NCBI RefSeq assembly: GCF_018336915.1
Contig: NZ_CP064923.1
Location: 1,980,001 to 2,012,000 of the forward strand
Length of the DNA: 32,000 bases
Direction: 5' to 3'
Source: Acaryochloris marina S15
GTDB lineage: Bacteria; Cyanobacteriota; Cyanobacteriia; Thermosynechococcales; Thermosynechococcaceae
Under the pieces are notes generated by a model. The model ran no database searches, was not told the origin of the DNA, and saw only the letters and a program-made list of their open reading frames with translations. The translations under genes and the position numbers were made by a program. The stretch's first letter is position 1, and every line of letters starts with the position of its first letter. Positions 18,452-29,049 of the stretch are shown here, in pieces.

Positions 18452-20299
18452 ATGCTTAAGTTGAGTTACGATTTCGAACAGGCGATTCTGCCAGGAAATA
18501 CTGATCTCAAAGCAAATTTACTCCTCCGTTTTGGGGCTGATTTGCCTCAATCCCCTCGTCGTGATCTCAATCTCTCCTTAGTCATCGATCGGTCTGGCTC
18601 CATGGCGGGTTGGCCCCTGCACCATGCCCTCAATGCTGCTGAATCAGTGGTGGATCAGTTAGAACCTACGGATACCCTTTCGGTGGTTGTCTATGACGAC
18701 AAAGTCGATACTCCAGTCTCACCCCATGCTGTGGACGATAAAACTGCTTTGAAAACCTCGATTCGACAGGTGCGAGCTGGCGGTATTACTAATCTTTCCG
18801 GTGGATGGTTGAAGGGCTGTGAGTATGTGCAGGATAACTTTGACCCCCAAAAGATTAACCGAGTTCTACTATTAACTGATGGCCTGGCCAATATGGGGAT
18901 TCGCGATCCCAAAGTCTTAACCGCCACAGCAGGGCAAAAGGCGATTGAAGGGGTCGTAACCTCAACGCTGGGATTTGGTCAAAGATTCAATGAGGATCTC
19001 CTCATTAGCATGGCCAGGGCAGCCAATGGCAATTTCTACTTTATTCAGAGTATTGATGAGGCCACAGAAGTTTTTAACATTGAACTCGCGAGTTTGCGAT
19101 CTGTTGTGGGGCAAGACCTAGTCGTTACCCTTGAACTAGCGGATGGCGTCAGTTTAGTGGACACCCTCAGCTTGGCAAAAGTGAATCCAACGGACGGTGG
19201 AAAAACAGAAATTACCCTAGGAGACCTATATGAGGGCGAGGATAGATGTCTCGGACTGAGTCTATCTCTGGCTGCCATTCCTCCAGGGGAATTTACGGTC
19301 ATGACGTTGCACTACAGCGCCAATACTGTTCAGAATGGTGAGGTGCAGCAGGTAACTGGATCTGCCGAGGTTGTCGCCAAGCTGGGCACTGTTGAGGAAG
19401 CCGCCATGGCGGCGTCTAGCAATATCATCCTAGAACTGAGTCATCTGATGATTGCCAGGGCAAAGGCAACGGCTCTAGAGCTTGCAGAACAGGGTAAAGT
19501 CCAAGACGCAGAACAAGCACTCCAGACCCTGATTCAAGAATTGGAAGAGAAAGGACTGAACGAGCATTTTGAAATTGCTGAAGAAATTGAGCAACTGAAA
19601 TACTTTGCCAGTCGGATTGCCCAAAGAGGTTTGGGCAATTCAGGCCGTAAGGAACTTCGAGACCAGAGCTATCAGACCCTCACTCGTAACCGCAAAGATC
19701 TGGTCGGTCGAGGGGTGGAGGTTGGCGATGAAGTATCTGCCATGACTGTGGTGAATGAAGTGGGGTCTGGCATAGAGCTGCAGTGCTTCCGGCAGGGCGG
19801 GAAGTTGCGAATCAAAGCTTTGTCTGACAGCTACGATGCCCATAAGAATGTGCAATTCCCCAGAGCAATCCGAGCGGAGGGCGCTCGTTATGTTGTTGAA
19901 GGATTGGAACTGTCTAAAGATGGTAGTTTCTACCGAGTCCAAGGAAAAATTGTCCGATTAACCAAAGCTGGAGAGGTGGATAATTTTGCAACGTCTTATC
20001 GATCCAGCCCCCCCAAGACTGGTAAGGCCTCTCGTGGGCCAGCTAGTGCTGCAGATTTGCCAACCACTGATGTTGTGGGGGATGGCGTGCTGGTGCAATG
20101 CGTGAAAGCTGGCAGCAAGTTGCGAGCTAGGGTTGTTGCCGATAACTATGAGCCAGATTGGAATATGAGATTTCCTCGTTCGGTACGTGAGGAAGGCATG
20201 CTTTATGTGGTGGATGAAATTAAGGTTGGCCCGAATGGAAAATCCTATATTGCCTGTGGTGAAATTAAGCGATTTGTTCAACCCGCTGTCAGCAGTTAG
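18452..20299 (+). CDS. von Willebrand factor A (MIDAS) domain protein with helical linker and a duplicated C-terminal domain
   Basis: 615 aa. GGAGAG lies 9 nt upstream of the ATG. MIDAS residues: DRSGS (aa 46-50), GITNLSGG, LLLTDGLAN. Also a beta-rich middle region, a helical segment (aa ~320-400), and two ~70-aa repeats (aa ~432-503 and ~538-609). Confidence 0.85.
   Translation: MLKLSYDFEQAILPGNTDLKANLLLRFGADLPQSPRRDLNLSLVIDRSGSMAGWPLHHALNAAESVVDQLEPTDTLSVVVYDDKVDTPVSPHAVDDKTALKTSIRQVRAGGITNLSGGWLKGCEYVQDNFDPQKINRVLLLTDGLANMGIRDPKVLTATAGQKAIEGVVTSTLGFGQRFNEDLLISMARAANGNFYFIQSIDEATEVFNIELASLRSVVGQDLVVTLELADGVSLVDTLSLAKVNPTDGGKTEITLGDLYEGEDRCLGLSLSLAAIPPGEFTVMTLHYSANTVQNGEVQQVTGSAEVVAKLGTVEEAAMAASSNIILELSHLMIARAKATALELAEQGKVQDAEQALQTLIQELEEKGLNEHFEIAEEIEQLKYFASRIAQRGLGNSGRKELRDQSYQTLTRNRKDLVGRGVEVGDEVSAMTVVNEVGSGIELQCFRQGGKLRIKALSDSYDAHKNVQFPRAIRAEGARYVVEGLELSKDGSFYRVQGKIVRLTKAGEVDNFATSYRSSPPKTGKASRGPASAADLPTTDVVGDGVLVQCVKAGSKLRARVVADNYEPDWNMRFPRSVREEGMLYVVDEIKVGPNGKSYIACGEIKRFVQPAVSS
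19745..20278 (+). repeat. intragenic tandem protein-domain repeat (2 x ~70 aa) in the VWA protein C-terminus
   Basis: R1: GIELQCFRQGGKLRIKALSDSYDAHKNVQFPRAIRAEGARYVVEGLELSKDGSFYRVQGKIVRL. R2: GVLVQCVKAGSKLRARVVADNYEPDWNMRFPRSVREEGMLYVVDEIKVGPNGKSYIACGEIKRF. Shared skeleton: QC..G.KLR......Y....N..FPR..R.EG..YVV......G..Y...G.I.R. Confidence 0.8.
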
Positions 20300-20362
20300 G
20301 CTTTGATAACCGTACCAATCTCTCAAATGTATAGAAAGCTGTTTGATAAAAGAAACTGCCAA

Positions 20363-22237
20363 CTATTGACGAGGCGAAAAGCTCTCCACAAAGTGGTAAA
20401 AGTTCTTTAAAGGCATGGGGTTAGCACAGTAAAAGCCTTGCAAGAGGTGGACCTTAAGCAGTTTCATCACCTCGATATCTTCAGGCTTTTCAATTCCTTC
20501 AGCAATTACTGTGATTTTGAAACTATCCGCCATTTCTACCATGGCGGACAATACATTTTTCATGCGCTGATCCTGAGTCGCACCGGCTACTAGGGATCGA
20601 TCAAACTTGAGTAGATCGACGGGAAGTGTCATTACGGATCGCAAAGAGGAATATCCCGCCCCAAAATCATCAATGGCAACCCGAACACCCAGAGTATGGA
20701 GTCGATCAATTTGAAATCTGGCTTTAGATTCGGCTTCAATCAGTCCTCGCTCAGTGATTTCCAGAATCAGTTTGGCGGGGTCAATTTGTTCTGTAAAAAC
20801 TAGGTTCTCCAGATAATCAACAATCTGACCTTCTACTAAATCCTGCGATTCCACATTGACGGTAATACAGGTCTCCTTCAAGGCTGGAATCTTTTGCCAC
20901 TGATGCAGACATTTCTGCGCTTGGCTAACCATCTGCTTGGCAATGTCGCTAGTTAGACCGATATTAGCTGCAATGCCAATGAATAAATCAGGAGGAATAT
21001 TTTTTTGATCAAGTTGCCAGCGGGCCAGTAGCTCAACTTTGGCTATTGAACCAGTTTGATAGTCAATAATCGGTTGTCCCCAAGCTACGATCTTTTTTTC
21101 TGCTACCGCTTGTCTGAGGCTACTTTCTAGTCCTAAACGTTCCTGAGTATCCTGATGCAAAGACTCATCATAGTAAATGACCCGCCTTCGCCCAGTTTGC
21201 TTGGCCCGATACATGGCCTGATCCGCATCTTTAATGAGCTGTTCTAAGTCGGCAACATCTGCACTCGCCGTGGCTGTCCCGATACTTGCAGAAATGTAGG
21301 CTTGGCCAGCCGTTACGGTGAATGGTTGTTCTAGGGTTTGGAGGATAGTGTCTGCGATCGCAAGTAAGTCTTGCAAAGGACATCCCGGCAACACTAGAAA
21401 AAATTCATCTCCCCCTAACCGGGCTAGTAAATGAGAGCGATGGTTGATAACTTTCAGTACTCGATGACCTACTTTTTCTAGTAGCTCGTCACCTACAGTA
21501 TGTCCGAGCCGATCATTGACCTCTTTAAACCGATCGAGATCAACAAACATGGCTGCTTTAGGTCCGGGGGGGAGTCCAGAAAATTGTTCTGCGAGCCCCA
21601 CGCGATTGAGCAATCCCGTCAAACTATCGTTACGAGCTTGGTACGTCAGTGTGGTGCGTAACTTCACCTCATTCATGCGGACTTGTCGCGCTGAATCTAA
21701 TGCTTTAATTGCTGGGATAAGAAAGAAAATGGTAGCGATGCTAATTTGCCACTGATGAGTAGCGGCAATCATCACAATCGCCGTCGCTAGAATCGCTTGA
21801 ATAAAATAGTCATTGGCAACAGTCACCATAATGGTCTGTGCTGCTAAGGTAATGGCCCATAGGGTTGTCAATGTCCAAAAAAATTCTCCGCCTTGGACAA
21901 AGGCAGGCCAATTTGCCAAGGCGATGCCGCACATCCAAATGCCTCGACTGGCACTAATCACATTAACTAAGATTGGGGCTTGGTATCGATCCCGCCAGTT
22001 CACCAAAAAGCGACCTGAATGGGCGAAGAAGGTAATGCCTATCCAAATCACATAGCCACTGATCCAAATGATAAATAACTTTGTGTCGACTTGGGGCCAG
22101 ACAGCCACTGTGAAGGCTAGCATGAGTGTCAAGGACCCTTGAAGAATTCGCCATCGTTCACTCACCAATCTCCGATCCACATCTCGTTGGAGAGCGGTTT
22201 GAATCGTTTGAAGATGTGGCTGATGGGAATAACTCAA
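20363..22237 (-). CDS. membrane-bound GGDEF-EAL protein (diguanylate cyclase/phosphodiesterase)
   Basis: 624 aa with about 6 N-terminal TM helices. GGDEF motif: RLGGDEFFLVLPG. EAL-domain residues: ELLAR, NVE, EITERG, DDFGAGYSS, KFDRS, AEGIE, QGF. The start is uncertain: TTG at 22237, GTG at codon 20, and the first ATG only at codon 39. Confidence 0.9.
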   Translation of the reverse strand: MSYSHQPHLQTIQTALQRDVDRRLVSERWRILQGSLTLMLAFTVAVWPQVDTKLFIIWISGYVIWIGITFFAHSGRFLVNWRDRYQAPILVNVISASRGIWMCGIALANWPAFVQGGEFFWTLTTLWAITLAAQTIMVTVANDYFIQAILATAIVMIAATHQWQISIATIFFLIPAIKALDSARQVRMNEVKLRTTLTYQARNDSLTGLLNRVGLAEQFSGLPPGPKAAMFVDLDRFKEVNDRLGHTVGDELLEKVGHRVLKVINHRSHLLARLGGDEFFLVLPGCPLQDLLAIADTILQTLEQPFTVTAGQAYISASIGTATASADVADLEQLIKDADQAMYRAKQTGRRRVIYYDESLHQDTQERLGLESSLRQAVAEKKIVAWGQPIIDYQTGSIAKVELLARWQLDQKNIPPDLFIGIAANIGLTSDIAKQMVSQAQKCLHQWQKIPALKETCITVNVESQDLVEGQIVDYLENLVFTEQIDPAKLILEITERGLIEAESKARFQIDRLHTLGVRVAIDDFGAGYSSLRSVMTLPVDLLKFDRSLVAGATQDQRMKNVLSAMVEMADSFKITVIAEGIEKPEDIEVMKLLKVHLLQGFYCANPMPLKNFYHFVESFSPRQ

Positions 22238-22691
22238 ACTTTTATCGCAGCAATGCTACCCAACTCCATTGTGTTGATTGAAATATCTCTTGTCGGTATT
22301 CAGGGATGAAATTCACCACTGAAGAGCAAAGTCTATAAACAGAGATAAATGTTCCATAGCAACAGTGTAAAGGGTGCCCCTAAAACAGAGGGTTCGTTAC
22401 AAGCCATTATGCCCACGTTAATTCATGAATATTTTATCCAATCGTTAAAATAATCTTTCATGGAATATAATTCAAGCCTTTCAGCTCAGAGTGCTAACTT
22501 CACCAATATATTCAAGCTCCAACCGTAAGCTTTATATAGACTTTGAAGAAATTTGAAAAATTGTATCTATGGATATTGGATTGGCCTGATCACCATTATT
22601 AATTGATGAAATAGACAGTTTATGAATGATTGAGTGGATCAAAATAGATTTGGAAGTATGCTAATAGAAATGGTGCAAACACTTCCTTCCG

Positions 22692-23168
22692 ATGGGCATT
22701 GAATATTCCGTCCATATCCCCAGTGAATTTATTAGCTCACATGTCTGCCAGCTTCTCCCTGACTGGCTAGTTCCTGTTCTATCTGTGTTAGTTGTGTTTC
22801 AACACTGCCCTGTCCTCCTAGTAGAGAAAACAACAGAAACAGAATTTCATAAACAGCAACTTAGAGCTCACTTTGTCCAACTGGGGAGATTGATTGTGTT
22901 GTCATTGCAACATCTGGGGTATAGAGCTGAGATATTTGATCCTCGGACTGGCTATCCCATCCTTTCCCAGCCAGGCCCCCTACGATTAGATGATGTTGCC
23001 GTTGTGCAAACGAGTTTGGGATATCCCCTGACAGAAACAGGAGGATGTTGGATTGTTGAGCATCCCGATTGGGGCAATGCCGTGTTCCCCTCCGTGTTGC
23101 TATCGTCCGCGTCCCCAGACGTCACCCAAGCCGTAGTAGAAGAAGTCTTAGCCTCTTATACCCGCTGA
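22692..23168 (+). CDS. MMADHC-like protein (methylmalonic aciduria/homocystinuria type D family homologue)
   Basis: 158 aa. GYRAEIFDPRTGYPILS...LGYPLTETGGCWIVEHPDWGNAVFPSVLLSSASPD aligns with the human MMADHC C-terminal segment (GYWADFIDPSSGLAFFG...[35 protein letters not shown]) as I recall it. This is from memory and needs an HMM check. Confidence 0.65.
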   Translation: MGIEYSVHIPSEFISSHVCQLLPDWLVPVLSVLVVFQHCPVLLVEKTTETEFHKQQLRAHFVQLGRLIVLSLQHLGYRAEIFDPRTGYPILSQPGPLRLDDVAVVQTSLGYPLTETGGCWIVEHPDWGNAVFPSVLLSSASPDVTQAVVEEVLASYTR

Positions 23169-25069
23169 CCCAAGAGTTGGAGACGATACAAGCTGGCGTA
23201 GAGGCCATCCTGCTCCATCAACTGGTCATGGCTGCCTGACTCAGCTAAATGGCCTCGGTTCAGAACCAGAATGCGATCAACATTGCGAATGGTCGATAAG
23301 CGGTGGGCAATAATAATGGCGGTTCTCCCCTCCAGCAGGCGTTCCAACGCCTCTTGAATGACCGCCTCTGTACCCACATCCAAACTCGCTGTCGCCTCAT
23401 CAAGCACTAGAATTCGTGGATTCCGAATCGCAGCCCTAGCAAAGGCCAAGAGCTGTTTTTGGCCCCCTGATAGATTGGTGCCTCGCTCCCTCAGAACCGT
23501 ATTGTAGCCATCTGGCAACGCCTCAATAAACTGAGCTACGTTCATCTGCTCGGCTGCCGCCTTGACCGCTTCGATGGAATATTCCTCTCCCAGAGAGATA
23601 TTGCTTTTGATATCCCCTGCAAAAATAAATCCATCCTGAAGAATGACCCCCACATGGCGTCGTAGCTCTGCCTGGGGTAAATCCCGTACATCTACCCCAT
23701 CCACTAGAATCTGGCCCTTGGAAATCTCATACAAACGGCATAGCAGACGAATGATAGAGCTTTTTCCTGCACCTGTGGGACCCACAATGGCTACTTTCTC
23801 GCCGGGATGGATGCAAAAATCCAAGTCTTTGAGTACCCAGTCTTCCTCTTTATAGGCAAAAGATACATCTGCAAACTTGACCTCCCCCAAAGGCTGATGG
23901 TTGGAATGGGCGGGCAAAATCTTGGGATGTTCTGGGTCGCGGATCTCAACGGGCTGGTTCATTAAATCATTGATGCGCTCTACTGCTGTTAGACCCGCTT
24001 GAATGGCAGTAAACTTTTCTGCCAACTGCTGCAAAGGGAAAAATAAGCGTTGGGAATACAAGATAAAGGTAGATAGGGTCCCTAGGGTAAGGGTTTCCCC
24101 CACCACCTGAATCCCTCCAATCCAGAGCACGCCTGCTACTGCAATAAAGGCAATCCACTCTAGGGTCGCTGAAACCGCTGAGTCGTAGAAAATGGTGTGA
24201 TCAATAGCGGAGACATAGCGCTGATTGATTGTACGAAATAGATCAGAATTGTAGGATTCGCGCCGGAACAATTGGACAATGCTAATGCCCATAATGTTTT
24301 CTTGCAGATTGGAATTGAGGGCTGATAATTCCTCTCTAGCTTTGTAATTAGCGCTTCGATAGCGATGTTGAAAAAAGATAATCAGCCCCGTGACTGGAAT
24401 GATCAATAGCACCAGCATCAATGCCAATTGCCATTGCTGCAGAAACATAAAAAGAACAATGACGAAGATGGAGAATAAGTCACTGACAATCCCCACTGCG
24501 CCGGTCGAAAATACATCTCCTAAGGCTTCCACATCACTGGTTAAGCGGGTAATGAGTTGACCAACGGGGGTGCGATCAAAGAAGCGGACCGCTAAAGACA
24601 GGACATGGGCAAATAAATCATTGCGAATATCGGCTGTAATCTCTTGCCCCACCTTTTGGACTAAATACCCTTGTCTTGACTGGAGTCCAAACCGGATAAC
24701 CACCGTGATCAGTAACAGTACGGTCAATAGGTTAATGGTTTCGGGTAGGGTTAATCCTTGTACCAAGACGGCAAGTCCCTCAACCCAGCCATTAATCAAA
24801 GTTGGCAATGCAAGATTGGCTAATCCGTTGAAAAACCAGGCTACTGCATCATAGAGCTGAGATTCACTACGGATGGCTGAAATGGCTTGACCCACCAGGA
24901 TGGGTTGGATTGCTCCCGCTACGGATAAGGGAATCAACAGACTAAACACCGTTAACAGTTCCCGGCGGTACTGTCGAGCATAGGGAACGACCCTTAGAAT
25001 CAGTCGCCAATCGCCTTGAGGGCGACGTTTAGATCCTGGGGATGAGGTGGAAGCTGAGGAAGAGGTCAT
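23156..25069 (-). CDS. ABC exporter, fused permease/ATPase (MsbA/ABCB-like)
   Basis: 637 aa. N-terminal 6-TM exporter domain, Walker A GPTGAGKSS, signature LSGGQKQLLAFARA, Walker B ILVLDEATASLD, H-loop IIAHRLST. Its 3' end overlaps the convergent ORF 22692-23168 by 13 nt. Confidence 0.93.
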   Translation of the reverse strand: MTSSSASTSSPGSKRRPQGDWRLILRVVPYARQYRRELLTVFSLLIPLSVAGAIQPILVGQAISAIRSESQLYDAVAWFFNGLANLALPTLINGWVEGLAVLVQGLTLPETINLLTVLLLITVVIRFGLQSRQGYLVQKVGQEITADIRNDLFAHVLSLAVRFFDRTPVGQLITRLTSDVEALGDVFSTGAVGIVSDLFSIFVIVLFMFLQQWQLALMLVLLIIPVTGLIIFFQHRYRSANYKAREELSALNSNLQENIMGISIVQLFRRESYNSDLFRTINQRYVSAIDHTIFYDSAVSATLEWIAFIAVAGVLWIGGIQVVGETLTLGTLSTFILYSQRLFFPLQQLAEKFTAIQAGLTAVERINDLMNQPVEIRDPEHPKILPAHSNHQPLGEVKFADVSFAYKEEDWVLKDLDFCIHPGEKVAIVGPTGAGKSSIIRLLCRLYEISKGQILVDGVDVRDLPQAELRRHVGVILQDGFIFAGDIKSNISLGEEYSIEAVKAAAEQMNVAQFIEALPDGYNTVLRERGTNLSGGQKQLLAFARAAIRNPRILVLDEATASLDVGTEAVIQEALERLLEGRTAIIIAHRLSTIRNVDRILVLNRGHLAESGSHDQLMEQDGLYASLYRLQLLGQRV

Positions 25070-25219
25070 ACGTCACAGTGTAGGGTGCAATGTTACGAAG
25101 TTGCACATTCATAAAGGTCAATGGCTCTGTCCTGGATGCCCTTAACCTGGAAAGGCTTTTTAATTGCTAAGTTACAAGCAGAGACAACGATTGGAGCAGA
25201 TAGGTCTCTGAGGGAGAGA

Positions 25220-27947
<2,728 letters not shown>

Positions 27948-27958
27948 GTGATGTGTCT

Positions 27959-27995
27959 AATCGCTCCAATGCCATGAGTTGTCCTTGGAGCGATT
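27959..27995. terminator. hairpin between convergent pgm and paiB (possible bidirectional terminator, no U-tract)
   Basis: AATCGCTCCAA (27959-27969) pairs perfectly with TTGGAGCGATT (27985-27995), with a 15-nt loop. It lies in the 81-bp gap between two stop codons. There is no flanking T run on either strand. Confidence 0.35.
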
Positions 27996-28028
27996 TGCCC
28001 ATTGAGAGAGTCGCTTTGAGCGATGGAC

Positions 28029-28649
28029 TTACTCAAGGTTCTGCTGTATTTCCTGCCCCACTGCCTGAGCATTGGGATCGGAGCTTTGTAGCAGGGCATC
28101 TGAGACATTGTGCTGCTCAATTAAGCTACGGTTTTGGCTAAGTTTATACTTGCCTTCTAGTCGGGTCACTACCATCTCAAAGCCGACGATCCCTTTCATC
28201 ATGCCGGTGCGAAAGGCCTCAGACAAGTTGTGCCACTGAGATTTATAGCTGGCTTCGTAGGTATCTACCATTTCATCGATCATCTGATCCATTAGCTCTG
28301 GTGCATCTTTGAAGGTGATGATGTTAGGGGTGCCATAGGCATGGACTGCAATATAATTCCACGTGGGCACACTCTCATCCTTCTCATACAAGGTGGGAGA
28401 GATGTAAGCATGGACTCCAGAAAAAATTGCTAGGGATTCAGCGATGTCAAAGGCTTGCCAGTGGAGATTCCCTTTTGCCAGATGCCCCACTAAGGTCACT
28501 ACACCGTCTGATTCATTGACAACTAGGGGAATATGGGAGGCAAACGGTACACCCTCCACGGTTGATACGAGGGTCGCGAAGCTGTGAGCTTGCATAAAGG
28601 CGACTAACTTATCAATATTGTCTTCTTGAAAGGCAGTTGGCCTGTGCAT
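28029..28649 (-). CDS. paiB: PaiB-family FMN-binding putative transcriptional regulator
   Basis: MHRPTAFQEDNIDKLVAFMQAHSFATLVS..., AYISPTLY, VPTWNYIAVHAYG, GKYKLSQNRS. These are typical of PaiB/FMN_bind_2. I prefer ATG 28649 over the GTG 28685 extension. Confidence 0.85.
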   Translation of the reverse strand: MHRPTAFQEDNIDKLVAFMQAHSFATLVSTVEGVPFASHIPLVVNESDGVVTLVGHLAKGNLHWQAFDIAESLAIFSGVHAYISPTLYEKDESVPTWNYIAVHAYGTPNIITFKDAPELMDQMIDEMVDTYEASYKSQWHNLSEAFRTGMMKGIVGFEMVVTRLEGKYKLSQNRSLIEQHNVSDALLQSSDPNAQAVGQEIQQNLE

Positions 28650-28713
28650 GTCAATATTGCCGTTTTTCAGCAAAAGAATAGCCACTGCTCCATCATAGAT
28701 GGCAGATTTTAGC

Positions 28714-28761
28714 CTGGTTATATCAGTGTTCTGACATCATGACGAATACTGATATAACCAG
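28714..28761. promoter_or_regulatory. perfect 14-bp inverted repeat with 20-nt spacer in the paiB / tRNA-Leu divergent region
   Basis: CTGGTTATATCAGT (28714-28727) and ACTGATATAACCAG (28748-28761) are exact reverse complements. The repeat lies 65 nt upstream of paiB ATG 28649 and about 75 nt upstream of the tRNA -35 box. Confidence 0.5.
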
Positions 28762-28835
28762 AGGATTTTTAGCTGGTACATCAAGGGCTTGAGATACCAA
28801 CACCCACAGGGTTTGGGATAAATTTCATAAAACCG

Positions 28836-28863
28836 TTGCATTGCTGATGGGTTCTTGTATAAT
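28836..28863 (+). promoter_or_regulatory. sigma70-type promoter for tRNA-Leu
   Basis: TTGCAT (28836-28841), 16-nt spacer, then TATAAT (28858-28863). The predicted TSS is near 28870, about 18 nt before the mature tRNA 5' end. Confidence 0.55.
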
Positions 28864-28888
28864 GGTGGAACTTTGCCTTCAAGGCCCA

Positions 28889-28969
28889 GGGCGGGTGGCG
28901 AAATGGTAGACGCACCACACTCAAAATGTGGCGACTTCGGTCATGAGAGTTCGAGTCTCTCCCTGCCCA
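28889..28969 (+). tRNA. tRNA-Leu (anticodon CAA), class II, no encoded CCA
   Basis: Hand-folded. Acceptor GGGCGGG/CCTGCCC (one G-T pair). D arm GCG-AAATGGTAGA-CGC. Anticodon stem CCACA/TGTGG with loop CTCAAAA (CAA at 28922-28924). 13-nt variable arm with GAC-TTCG-GTC. T arm GAGAG-TTCGAGT-CTCTC. Discriminator A28969 is followed by TTC. Total 81 nt. Confidence 0.9.
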
Positions 28970-29049
28970 TTCAAAATTGATTGTCTGTTCGTAAGTTCCT
29001 TATTGGAGCTTTCTGTATGTGGCGCTTGCGAGCATATTACTAATTCTGC

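Noticed and set aside
19958-20362. A 134-aa minus-strand ORF overlapping the VWA gene 3' end. Other minus-strand ORFs lie within the VWA gene at 18691-19942.
   Set aside because: They are antisense to the conserved duplicated C-terminal domain of the VWA protein. There is no SD sequence and no motifs.
25086-25107. GTGCAA-N10-TTGCAC inverted repeat in the ABC-exporter / ldhA divergent region, as a possible operator.
   Set aside because: The arms are only 6 bp, which is easily expected by chance in 150 bp. I can assess neither conservation nor spacing.
27953-28141. A 62-aa plus-strand ORF after pgm.
   Set aside because: It covers the pgm-paiB terminator region and runs antisense into the paiB 3' end. 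It has no support.
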